This document shows positions 34,017-45,806 of a stretch of DNA of 64,000 nucleotides, in pieces (within the stretch, counting starts at the first letter, position 1; the number at the start of each line of letters is the position of its first letter). A program made the position numbers and the translations under genes. Origin of the DNA: Blastocladiella emersonii ATCC 22665 (Eukaryota > Fungi > Blastocladiomycota); assembly GCA_025594325.1 (NCBI GenBank), contig JANHCV010000007.1, forward strand, positions 248,001-312,000, written 5' to 3'. A model generated the notes under the pieces. That model saw only the letters and a list, made by a program, of their open reading frames with translations. It had not been told where the DNA came from and ran no database searches.

Positions 34017-36790
34017 CTAGTCCTCTTCTGGCACCGTGAGGGTCGGTCTGCTCTTGCGCGCGTCGTCGCCGGACGCTCGCCTCGTCTGGACGCCCGACTG
34101 CGGCGGGCTGGCCATGCCCATGGTCGACCCCATCTCCTCCATGATGACGCTGGGCATGGCCGTGAGGTTGGTCGCGCCGCCGACGCCGAGGAGCCCGGAC
34201 GTGGTGCCGCTGCCGCCGCTCGGCGCCAGGACGCCCGCGCTGCTGGACATGGACTGGGTGCCGTCACGCATCCCCATGGGCATGGGCGGCGGGCCGCCGT
34301 CGCGCATGAGGTCGTCGTCGTCGTCGTCGTACGGCGCCGTGACGAGCGGCGCGGCGTTGGCGGCCGGGTCGCTGGTGCGGCGGCCGCGGCCGAGCGTGCC
34401 GACGTACCGCACGCCGTCGTCGACGGGCTTGACGCGCTGCTCGTGGTTGTTGACCGAGAACCGCGACCCGGACGCGGCCGACTTGCGCCGCTTCTCGAGC
34501 TTGATCTGCTCGATGCGCTTGTGGTCCTCCTCGTCCATGACAAAGTACCCGAACGACGGGCGGCGGCCGCCCGCGCCGTTGTTCCCGCCGCCGCCGCCGT
34601 TGCGGCCCGTGGTCCCGCCGCCGCTGCTGCCCATGGACATGGTCCCGTTGGCGCCGTCGGGCCGCATCGCGGTCGCGACCGACAGGCTGCCGCGCTCGGA
34701 CGTGGACCCGCTGCGTGGGCCACCGCCGCCGCCGCCCGCGCCGCCGGGCGAGATCTCGAACAGGTCAAAGTCGTCGGTCGACTTCTTGCGCTGCGAGCGC
34801 TGCTGCTTCTCGAGCTGCTTCTGGTACGCGTCCTTGGTGGCGGCGAGCACCTTGTTGGCGTCCTCGGGGTAGTTGGCGCACGCCTGGTCGTAGTCGTCCT
34901 TGGACAGCACGTACACGTCGCAGTTGCACACGGCAATGGCCGACGCCTCGCACACGTTGCCGAGGATCAGCATGTACTCGCCGAAATAGCTGCCCTCGAC
35001 CATGGAGCTGATGGGTTTGGACTCGTCGTGGTTGAGCACGTCGACGCGGCCCTGGACCACGAAGAACATCTCCTTGCCAATCTCGCCGCGGTGGACAATG
35101 TACGTGTCGGCGGTGAAGAAGTTGATGCGCATGGCGATCGACAGCATGCGGCGGAACCCGAGCGACGTGTTGCGGAAGATGGGCGCCTTCTCGATGATGT
35201 CCTCGTTGACGCTCAGGGCCACCTCGGCGCGGAAGTTGGACGGCAGGTCGTTGAACACGTTGATCACGTCGATGCCCTTGTTGCGCTCCCACGTGTACTC
35301 GTACCAGCCCGTGACGCGCTTCTGCATGTCCTTGTCCATGTTCTGGTCCAGCATGTACTGCTTGATGGCCTCGACCTTTTGCCGGTACGCGACACGCCGC
35401 GAGTCGAGGTTGGACAGCGACGAGGCGATCGTACCGGACACGTAGCCGTACAGGAACACGCCCGTGATCATGCAGATGATGGACCAGATTCGCTCGCGGT
35501 CGTTGGTCGCGTGCACGTCGCCGTAGCCTACACGATCGGTCGTTAGCGTGATTCTCGCGCGTCTCCGATAGCAAAGAAAGGCGTACCCGTGGTGGTCATC
35601 GTCATCACGGTCCAGTACAGGGCGTAGACGTACATGGACAGGCGGTCCGAGAAGTCGGGGTTCTGGTTCGGGTCCGTGGCCCAGGACGGGGTGACGCACT
35701 GGTCGGGGCACGCCAGCACGTACCAGATGCACGTGCACCAGTGGGTGATGAGGGTGATGTAGATGGTGAACTTGTACATCTGGAACACGGCCTGCGCGTT
35801 GAGCCGCTTCTCCTCCTTGTGGAACCACCAGAGCAGCTTGAAGGTGCGCATGAGCTTGTGCAGGCGCACAATCGAGAGGAAGTAGAGCACCTCGCCGGGG
35901 ACCGCCGAGTTGCTCCACGACAGCGCGATCAGGTCAAAGGGGAGGTTGGTGAACAGGTCAAACGAGAACTCCCACGACCGCATGTAGTGCATGGCCATCT
36001 CCTTGGGGAAGATGACGTAGAACCCGCGGTCGAGGTAGCTGACGTGGAACTTGATGAAGATGTCGATGAGGTAGATGACGTCGAGCGCGTACTGCACGAT
36101 GAACGAGCCCGTGAACAGGTACCGGAACGCGGCAATGAACGGGATCGTGATGCCGTTGGTCACGGCGACGAGCACCATGAAGTAGTCCCACCACGTCAGG
36201 AACGGCTCGCCCGGGATCAGGTAGAACTTGAGCAGCTTCTGCCACAGGTCCTGCCACGTCAGCCCGCCAAACAGGCCGCCGCCGCCCTGGTTGCCGGCGA
36301 TGAACAGGTCGTTGTCGGGGCCATCGGCGAGCCGGCTCGACCGCCCACCGGCGCCGTTCCGCTTTCGCGTGGACTGGGTCGAGCCGGACCCGCTGCTGCC
36401 CCCCATTCGGGCCAGCGCGCGCGCGTCGGCCATGGGACGCGCTGGAGAGACGTGGTACCGCGGCGGTCGGTCTTGCCGGGAGGAAGACGACGGGGTCGGT
36501 GGGCGAGAGCGACGTGCAGAGGAAGGTGTACCGGCGCCGGCGAGGAGGTCAGCGTCGTCACGGTCGCCGCGTCGTCCAGCAGCAGTTGGCCCGAGTGCAG
36601 GTGCAGGATCGTCGTCGGGATCGTCGGGATCGTCGTCGTCGTCGGGCGAGTCCGAGTCGTCGCCGTCACGCGTGAAGAAGCCGAGGCGGCGGCCGGTCTC
36701 GGAGAAGAAGTGGACGGTCTCGGAGAGGAGCGGGGTGCGCGAGTAGGCCGCGGCGGCGGCGGCCGAGGTGGTTTCGAGTAGGCGCTGCAA
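34017..36790 (-). CDS. 6-TM K+ channel with GYG filter and cyclic-nucleotide-binding(-homology) domain (CNG/HCN/KCNH-type); 2 exons
   Basis: S1-S5 (WWDYFMV, DVIYLIDIF, DLFTNLPFD, VRLHKLMR). Intron 35528-35586 joins YWTVMTMTTTG|YGDVHA. C-linker and CNBD follow: HRGEIGKEMFFVVQGRVDV, GSYFGEYMLI. Confidence 0.9.
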
Positions 36791-37421
36791 TGGGACGGCC
36801 GTCGCGACGGCGCGAGGGGGAGTAGTAGGAGGTCGGGGATGGTGGTGTCGCGGGTGCTCGGGCTCGGGCTCGCTCGATCCAGCGGGCGGGCGAGAGCGCG
36901 AACGCGAACGGGGTTACGGGTGGTGGTGACGAGGAGGAGGCGTCGGCGCGGCAGCGGGCATGAGGGCACGGCGCAGCGCGGCGAACAGCAGTACGTCGAG
37001 ATGTAGTTGTGGTTCTAGACGCGGGCGAGAGGTGAGATCCGATCGATCGACAGCGGGGTCCCGAGCGCGGTGCGCGAGCATACATGAGGCAGCGGCGACG
37101 TAGGTCGGCAGCATAGCACACGATCACAGCAGCTGCATCGATGGCGAAGCGAGTCGGAAGGCGGTGACGGTGCTCAGAGTCGGCGTGGCGGCGGCGTGCG
37201 GGGGGAGGCAGTGCATGCAAAGCGCGTCGGAGCGCGGCACGGTCGGGTCGGGTCGGTCGCGGGTCGGCGTGCAGAGTGGCGGGCGGCGAGCGGCTGCGAG
37301 ACACTTGCACGGACTGTGGGGCACCCGCGCGCGCACGCAGGGGGGAGGCGATCCGGTCCGGGAGAGGGCGAGAGACGCGTCGCGCGACGCGTTCGGCGCG
37401 GGCAGGTGAGATCACCTGAGC

Positions 37422-37470
37422 GTCTCCCGTCTCGCGCGCGCGTCTCGCGCGCGCGTCTCACGCGTCTCAC
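37422..37470. repeat. Short CG-rich tandem repeat (GTCTCGCGCGCGC)x2 plus degenerate copies
   Basis: Seen directly, upstream of the K+ channel gene. Confidence 0.6.
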
Positions 37471-37776
37471 GGTGCGGCGTTACGCGTTTCGCGTTCAAAG
37501 TGTGGCGCACGAAACGTGTTCTGTTCTGGTCGGTGCCTGGAAGCGAGCGCTGAACCTGAAACGCGGACCACCGACCAAGTCATGAAGAGGAAAACGGATC
37601 ATGTTTGAAGACAAGAGGGCGGAGGGCGTGACCAGTCAAGCCCTCCCGCGTGTTGTGCGGCATGACGTGGCAGCCGGCGGCGTATGGACAGGAGAATGAA
37701 TGAATACAGCAGGAGGTGATGGTGATATCGGAGAGCGTCTTGTGGTGGTGGTGGTGGTGTTGGAGGAGAACCAGAC

Positions 37777-38289
37777 TTAGAACTCGTCAATGGCGTTGAT
37801 GCCGACGGCGGCGGCGCCCGACTTCTCCATGGTGTGGACCTCGGCGTCGTTCTCGACAGCCATGACGCCGAGCTTGGCGTTCTGGAGCGCGCCGAGGCGC
37901 TGTGCGACGTCGGCGGGAACCGAGACGGCGACCGCGTCGATGATCGAGTACTCGTACTTGACCTTGGCGCCGGCGGCGGTCAGGGCCTTGACGAGGTCGG
38001 CGCCCTGCACGTACGCGCCCGAGCCGGAAGCCGACTCCTGGATGGCCGCGGGCGACCCGCCGGCCGTCAGCGCGCGCGTCAGCTCGTCGGCGGTCAGGGT
38101 GCGGGCGCCCGCCTTGGGCCCGGTCGCCGACTCGATGCCGGCGCCCGGCTTGTAGTAGGACACGATCACGTCGACCATGCCGTTGGCGTTGGGCTTGGCG
38201 CCGAGCGGCTGCGGCGACGCGGTGGCCGACGGCGACAGCAGCGCGGCGACGGCGAGCAGCGCGAGGACGAGGGCGGCAATGAAGCGCAT
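37777..38289 (-). CDS. Secreted stand-alone peptidase inhibitor I9 (subtilisin-propeptide-like) protein, 170 aa
   Basis: Signal peptide MRFIAALVLALLAVAALLS. I9-like VDVIVSY...AGAKVKYEYSIIDAVAVSVPADV..RL...VMAVENDAEVHTM, then a stop. No S8 catalytic motifs before the next gene. Confidence 0.7.
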   Translation of the reverse strand: MRFIAALVLALLAVAALLSPSATASPQPLGAKPNANGMVDVIVSYYKPGAGIESATGPKAGARTLTADELTRALTAGGSPAAIQESASGSGAYVQGADLVKALTAAGAKVKYEYSIIDAVAVSVPADVAQRLGALQNAKLGVMAVENDAEVHTMEKSGAAAVGINAIDEF

Positions 38290-38733
38290 GGTGGGTGGGC
38301 TACCGAGGATGGGGCGAGGTCAATCCGGGGTCCATGGTGGCTCGCAGCTGGGAGGCAGAATTACATTGCAGGGAGTGGGTGATGTGGATGGCACGCGCAG
38401 CGTGGACTGATGGATGGGCGGGGGAGAGCGGGCTGCAGACCGAAGCCGCGAGATGGATCGCCCGCCAAAGTGGCTGGGCCGCCCCGCACGTGCGTGGCGC
38501 CCGATCGTATCAGCACGTGCGCAGATGCATCTCGCGCCGCGTTTCATCTTATCGCGAGGCGCGCGCGTCTCCCACTGCCAAGTCGCGACTCACGCCTTGT
38601 GAAAGCCGCTCGCGCCGGATGATGATGGATCTGCTCTCGGCGATCAAGCCGGGCGCCGAGCGAGCAGTCACTCAAATAGGCTGACCGCCCGCCCACTCCG
38701 CGACCACCACAGCTCACCCACTCTGCCTCTGCG

Positions 38734-41700
38734 ATGCCACACGGATCCGCCATGACCGCCGCTCCGACCACGACTGCTACCAGCACCCCACCCGCCGCCG
38801 CGGCCGCCGCCAAGACGCGCGCCCGCACGCGCACGCGGTCCGCGACGGGCGGCACCAACGACGTCGCCCTGCTCGACCGGTGGCGCGAGCGGCTGCGCGA
38901 CCTGACGGAGCTGCAGCTGCCGACCGACTACCCGCGCACCACGCCGCTGCGCATCGTCGAGGCCGACGAGCAGCGCGAGCTGCCCATCGCCACCACCCTC
39001 GCCATCCTGCAGCTGTCGCTCCAGTGGCAGGCCGAGCGCATGGCGCGCGGTTCGTCGGGCGACGAGACCGAGACCGACCTCGACGTGGTGTCGCCGTTCC
39101 AGGTCCTGCTCGGCGCCTTTGCCGTGCTGCTGCACCGGTACACGGGCGAGGAGGACGTCAGCGTCGGGTCGTCGAGCATCGACGGCGAGCCCGTGGTCCT
39201 GCGCCTGCGCGTGCGCCCCGACGACTCGTTCAAGCAGGTCGTCGAGCGCGTGTGCGACGTGGAGCGCGAGGCCCTGCACGACCCGGTCCCCTTCACGCGC
39301 CTCGCCTCGGCCGTCGCCTCGTCGTCCGCCTCGGCCAGCGACGGGTACCGCCCCGCGCTCTTCAAGGTCCGCTTCTTCAACATGCCCGACACCACGGCCG
39401 CGACGCTGGCCGCCGAGGGCACCGCCACCGACCTGACCATCTTCATCAGCACGTCGCCGTCGCTGCGCCGCCTGCTGCCCATCCACGTCCGCATCGCCTA
39501 CAACACGTGCCTGTACGCGCCCCAGCGCATCCGCGACATGGCCGACCAGCTCCTCCTCATCCTCGACGCGGCGCTGCGCCACCCGGACTCGCCCGTCGCC
39601 GCCATCGACCTCGTCACGCCCGGCATGCGCCCGCGCCTCCCCGACCCGCGCGCCGACCTCGGCTGGGACCAGTGGCACGGCGCCATCCACGACATCTTCT
39701 CGCGCAACGCGCGTGCGCATCCGGACCGCACGTGTGCCGTCGAGCGCACCGCCAAGGGCGGCATCGAGCGCGTGTTCAGCTACCGCCACATCCTCGAGGC
39801 GAGTAACGCCGTCGCCCACTACCTCCTCGCCCAGGGCGTGCAGCGCGAGGACGTCGTCATGCTCTACTCGTACCGCGGCGTCGACCTCATGGTCGCCATC
39901 ATGGGCGTGCTCAAGGCCGGATGCACTTTCTCGGTCATTGGTACGCCTTTCTCTCGTTGCTCGACCTTCCCGGACATCGACTAACTCGTACCGCCATCAT
40001 AGACCCGGCCTATCCACCGCAGCGCCAGATCATCTACCTGAGCGTGGCGCGCCCGCGCGCGCTCATCGTGCTGTCGCACGCCGGCACCCTGGACCCGGCC
40101 GTCCGCGCCTACGTGTCGAGCGAGCTCGACGTGGTGTGCGAGATCCCGGACCTGGCGCTCGGCGACAACGGCGTCCTCACCTCGTCGTGCCTGGCGCCGC
40201 ACCTCGCCGACGGCGCGCGCGACCCGGCCGTCGTCGTCGGGCCCGACTCGATCGGCACCCTGTCCTTTACCTCGGGCAGCACGGGCATCCCCAAGGGCGT
40301 GCGCGGCCGCCACTTTTCGCTGACCCACTTCTACCCGTGGATGCAGGCGCGGTTCGCGTTGTCGGAAACCGACCGGTTTACGATGCTGTCGGGGATCGCA
40401 CACGACCCGATCCAGCGCGACATCTTCACGCCGCTGTTCCTCGGCGCGTCCCTGTACGTGCCGACGGCCGAGGATATCGGGACCCCGGGCCAGCTCGCGC
40501 AGTGGATGGCCGACCACGCCGTGACCGTCACGCACCTGACGCCCGCCATGGGCCAGCTACTGACGGCGTGCGCGGCCACGTTGGCGCCGATCCCGTCGCT
40601 GCGCGCGGCGTTTTTCGTCGGCGACATCCTGACCAAGCGCGACGTGGCGCGCCTGCAGCACCTCGCGCCCAACTGCACCACCGTCAACATGTACGGGACC
40701 ACCGAGACCCAGCGCGCCGTCAGCTACCTCGCGGTCCCGCCGCGCGCCACCGACCCCGAGGCGCTCGCCGAGTGCAAGGACGTGCTCCCCGCGGGCCAGG
40801 GCATGCACCACGTCCAGCTGCTCGTCGTCAACGCCCGCGGCAACCAGTGTGGGGTGGGTGAGGTCGGCGAGCTCTACGTCCGCTCGTCGGGACTCGCCGA
40901 GGGGTACCTCGGGCTGCCCGACGCGACCCACGCCAAGTTCCTGCCCAACCCGTTCGGCAATTCGGGGGAGGTCGCCGACCCGCAGACGCTCGCGGCGGCG
41001 CCGTACGTCACGGGCGACGGCAGCCTGCCGTACTTCCGCGGCGCGCGCGACCGCATGTACCGCACGGGCGACCTCGGGCGGTACCGGCCCGACGGGCAGG
41101 TCGAGTGCTCGGGCCGCGCCGACGACCAGGTCAAGATCCGCGGGTTCCGCATCGAGCTCGGCGAGATCGACATGTACCTGAGCCAGCACCCGGCGGTCCG
41201 CGAGAACGTGACGCTCGTCCGCCGCGACAAGGACGAGGAGCAGACGCTCGTGTCGTACCTGGTCCTGCACGACGAGGCGGCCGAGGACGGCGCGCCTGTC
41301 GCCGCCGGTAGCCGCGTCCGGTACGCGGTCCCCGCGTCGTACGCCGAGACGGCCAAGGCGATCCGCGAGTTCCTGCGGTCCAAGCTCCCCGCGTACGCGG
41401 TCCCCGCCGTCCTGTGCCCGCTCCGCCACCTCCCGCTCACGCCCAACGGCAAGATCGACAAGAACGCGCTGCCGTACCCGGACACGTCGGTCCTCGTCGC
41501 GTCGCAGCCGCCCGCGCAGCACGACACGGAGCTGTCGGCCGTCGCCGCCCAGCTGCGCGACCTGTGGGCCGCGCTGCTCGGGGTGCCCGCGGCGTCGATC
41601 GCGCCCACCGATAACTTTTTCGAGATCGGCGGCCACTCGGTCCTCGCGACGCGACTCACGCTGCAGGTCCGCCGCCACTTTGGGGTTGCTGACGCCCCGC

Positions 41701-43313
41701 TCGCGCTCGTCTTCGACCACCCGGTGCTGGGCGACATGGCCGAGCACGTCGATGCGCTCATGTCCGTCCTCGGCCCCGCCAACGCGCCGTCGCCCGCCGC
41801 GACCGGCGCCGGCGCCGAGTTCAACTACGCGGCCGAGGCCGTGCTCCCCGACGACATCGCGGTCCCCGCCGCCTCGGCGTCGATCCCGACGGCGCGCCCG
41901 CGCCACGTCCTCGTCACGGGTGCGACCGGGTTTCTCGGCGCCTTCATCGTGGCGCAGCTCGTCGACCGTGCGCGCGCGCTCGACCCCGAGTCGACGGGCG
42001 CCGACTTCACCGTGACGTGCGTCGCGCGCGCGGGCTCGGACGCCGACGCGCTCGCCCGCGTCACGCGCAACCTGCAGCACCACGTGTGCTGGTCCCCGCG
42101 CATGGCGCCGCACGTGCGCGCGGTCGCGGGCGACCTGGCCCTGCCGCGGTGGGGGCTCAGCGAGGCGACGTGGGGCGAGCTCGCGGCGAGCGTCGACGCG
42201 ATCGTGCATAACGGCGCCATGGTCCACTGGGTGTACCCGTACGCCAAGCTCGCGCCGGCCAACGTCGCGGGCACCGTCGGGGCGCTCCGGCTCGCGGTCG
42301 CGGGGGAGAAGGTCAAGCCCGTCCACTTTGTCTCGTCGACGTCGGTCCTCGACACGCCGCACTACGCGGCGCTCGGCGCCGCCGTCGCCGAGGACGACGC
42401 GCTCGCCGGGTCGCGCACGGGCCTGCGGTCCGGGTACGCGCAGACCAAGTGGGTCGCAGAGCGTCTGTGCGCGGCGGCCGCCGACCGCGGCGTCCCCGTC
42501 ACGGTGGTCCGCCCGGGTTACATTGTCGGGCACTCAGCGTCGGGCGTCACCAACGCCGACGACTTTTTGTGGCGTCTCGTCAAGGGATGCATCGAGCTCG
42601 GCCAGGTCCCCGATATCCGCAACGCCGTCAACATGTGCCCCGTCGACTACGTCGCCGAGTGCGTCGTCGCGCTGGTCCTTGGCGACCACCACGCCGCCAA
42701 CGCTGACGCTATTGAGTCGGGCGCCAGCAGCCCGACGTCCGAGACCCACAGCGACGCCGACCTGGCGGACGCTGCGCCCGCGTGGTCCGCGTCGGCGCAC
42801 CCCGTCTACGGCCGCGTCTACCACACGTACAACGGCGAGAACTTCCGGTTCTCGGACCTCCTCGCCGGCTCGCTCGCGCCCGCGTGGCCCGTCGCGACGT
42901 GCGCGTACCTCGCGTGGCGCTCAGCCCTCCTCACCTACACGCTGCAGGAGGAAGAGTCGGCGCTATACCCGCTCCTCCACTTTGTCCTCGACGACCTGCC
43001 CACATCGACCCGCGCGCCAGCTCTCGACGACGCGCATACGTTCGCGGTCCTGACCCGCTGGCGCGCAGAGTGCCGCCGCGCCGCCCGCCGGTCGGCTGGC
43101 GGTGTGTCGTTGCCGGACGTCGCGGCGCCCTCGATGCGCGACGGCGTGCCCCGCGCGCTCGCGTACCTCGTCGCCGCCGGGTTCCTCCCGAAGCCTACCG
43201 TAGCCGAGGCGGCTGCTGGGTGGCCCAAGGTCGCGGACGAGGTGCTGCTCGCGATCGAGAAGTCGGGCGCGGCCGGGTCGCGCACGTCGGCGGCCACAGC
43301 GGCCAAGGTGTAA
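38734..43313 (+). CDS. LYS2: L-aminoadipate-semialdehyde dehydrogenase (alpha-aminoadipate reductase), C-like-A-T-R; 2 exons
   Basis: LPTDYPR, intron 39941-40002 giving SVIDPAYPPQRQ, LSFTSGSTGIPKGV, NMYGTTETQR, YRTGDLGRY, QVKIRGFRIELGEI, carrier-domain FFEIGGHS, reductase VLVTGATGFLG and GYAQTKWVAE. Confidence 0.97.
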
Positions 43314-43503
43314 TGAGTTTGTTGATGATTGGATGAATGAACTATAGCTTTGTATTCAACGACGTCTTTCAGGCCTGCTCGCGGGAGTGATGCGAGCCCC
43401 GATGCGACCCAGCCGCGCTGACGTTTCGTGTGGCGCCGCCTTTGAGCCGAACGTCGGAGTCCACTACTCCTCCCTCGCCGACTGCCATGAAACGCTCACT
43501 TCC

Positions 43504-45638
43504 ATGAATACGACGATACGACTTGCTGCATCTGCCATATTGTTACGCGCCCGTGCCCAGCGCAACCTGTCGACCAAAGTCATGCATCCGGAGCTCGTCC
43601 GCAGGATTCTCAGCAACGGGCGCTCGTTGCATCCGCCGATTTCGGGGCAATCTAAGATCAGCGCGCTTCTCAGCAGCGAGTCTCGACCTGTGCCAACTTC
43701 AATGCTGCATGCCAAAGCACAGGAACTGCTATTGTACGGCGTGAATGACCACTGTGCCGGCAGTCATTGGCCTTTTGCTGACGCCCAGTCTTTCGAACTG
43801 CTTCTCGTGGCGGCGCGCCGCGCCAAGAACGTTTCGACAGAGGCCCGCTTACTGCTGCGTGCGCTCGAAGAACCTAGCTGGCCTGCTTTCGCCAAGGATC
43901 CCGGGCTTATTCAAAAACTTGCCACCCGCGTTCCCCATCTTGTGCGAAAGCTTCCGGACACTGACCATCTTGACCGAGCCGAGGAGCTCCTTTTCGCATT
44001 CGGCGCGTTTGGACAGCCAGTTCACCTGTCCGGTTTGGAAGTTGTCGTGGACCGGCACTTGACCGCGGGACGCCTCTCGAAGGCTTCGTTCCTGCTTTTT
44101 CGCGCACGTGGTCGGCTTCGCGAGGATCTCCCTCCATTGATACACATGCTTTCTCCCCGAGTTCTCGCTGCCCAGGGAAACACACGCGACATCGTTCATT
44201 CCCATGACGAGCTGCATACCTCTGGTGCCTCCGTGGACGCCAAGTATTATTCTACCGTCATTGAGCTGCTCACCAAGGCGTCGATAGAGGCGAAGCCGCC
44301 GTGCAAAAACTTGCTTGCCAGTGCTGGCCGTATCCATGCCGAGATGTGTGACGCAGGGTTTTCTCTTTTCGTGACCGTCGCCGTGGCCTTGCATCGCGCT
44401 GCGATGGAGGCCGACGATCCAGCGCTTTCCGTTGCAATCTCCAATGTTCTTCTGTGCCCTCAACGCCCGGTCGCGCTTCATTCTTGTTCGAGCTCAACTG
44501 ACACGCTTACCGTGCCGTCCGAGCCCAAAAGATTGCGCGATGCCAATTCTGCAACGTTGCCCGCGGCACTTCCATTGATTCTGGAGCTTTATTTCGCGCA
44601 GAGCTCCCCTATGGCGGCTTCAAGGGGCGCACCTTTGCAGTGGAACGTGTCCCGCAATCGTAAGCTGGCCAACGTGTCGCGTGACCGTAGACTGATCATG
44701 CTTGTCGGTTCGGAAGGAACTCTCCCAATTACGCCATACTATCGTATTCTCGACGCCAAATCGTCACTCACTGGCAAGAGAAAAGGAGGAGGTCAATCTC
44801 GAGACTTGGCCACGGTCTATTTCGAGCATCGGCTCTCATGTATAGGGCTCGCGCTCTGCCCCCCGAAGCTCGACCCTGTCCACAACGCGCACTTGGTCGT
44901 GTTGGACATTCTCGACACATTTGGCTCAAAAAATTGCCAATCTACCACTGGACAGCTCTAATTAGCACCATCCACCGCTACATGCCCAGAACCGATCCCG
45001 CGACCCTCACCCTCCAGAGTCAAGTTCATCGGACGGCCGTTTCACAGGTTGGACTTGGTCGTGACTTGCGGTTGACAAGTGCTTACCTCACTACACTCCT
45101 CAAGGCGCTTTCACACATCTTGTCCGAGTGTAATGCGAAATGCGATCCGGTCGTTGCGATCCTGAACCACTGGGTTTTCTTTGACCGAGACGCACCAGTT
45201 TGCTTGCCTTGGGTTGCTCGGACTGATCCGTGGCTCGGTGACGCGTCCGAAGCTGGGCAGCGCGCCTTGGTTGACACCATGTGGCGGCAGCGGACGCTTT
45301 CGGTTGCTGCGGACTCGATTGGCTTTGCTGGCCGGCAGGATTTGCTCGAGCGCCTGGTCAAGGAACTTCTTGCGGGCGGACCGAACCGCAGCAACCTGGC
45401 CACTCTCACCGAGACGAACACATGGACTTCGCTCGCAGAAGCCGCGATCCGCCTTGGCGACGGTGAACTCGCTCTGAAGTGCGCGACCGAGCACCGTAAG
45501 CAGGCCGGAGTTCTTCCCGACGAGAAACTCGTTCGAACGGTTGAGAGCATGATCGGCGCGCACAGGCCAGAGCTCAAATCGATGCTCAAGTCGAAGGAGT
45601 TCAAGGCCTTGAAGCGCGAGGTCGAAGCGGCTTCCTAG
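43504..45638 (+). pseudogene. Family A paralog A4 (short form), frameshifted in an A6 run at ~44928-44933 (or a sequencing error)
   Basis: Start MNTTIRLAASAILLR with the same upstream leader as A2 and A5. One extra A in GGCTCAAAAAATTG restores FGSKKLPIYHWTALISTIHR, matching A2 YGPRKLSLFHWSALVTAIHR. Family C-terminus is intact in the downstream frame. Confidence 0.75.
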
Positions 45639-45806
45639 CTTTCTTCTTCATATACTTGTTCTATATGATTCTTGGTTTTCACTGTCGCTAGGTAGTGAGA
45701 GTGATGCAGCCCTGTCTAAGCCGTGTCGGCGGCGTTTCGGGTGGCGTCGAGATGAACGGCGCGTCCTCCTCGCTCCCCGGCCGACTCCCATGAAACGCTC
45801 ACTTCC

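Noticed and set aside
38734-43313. NRPS-like A-T-R gene as core of a secondary-metabolite cluster
   Set aside because: Motifs and the N-terminal condensation-like domain identify LYS2 of lysine biosynthesis. No tailoring enzymes or transporters are nearby.
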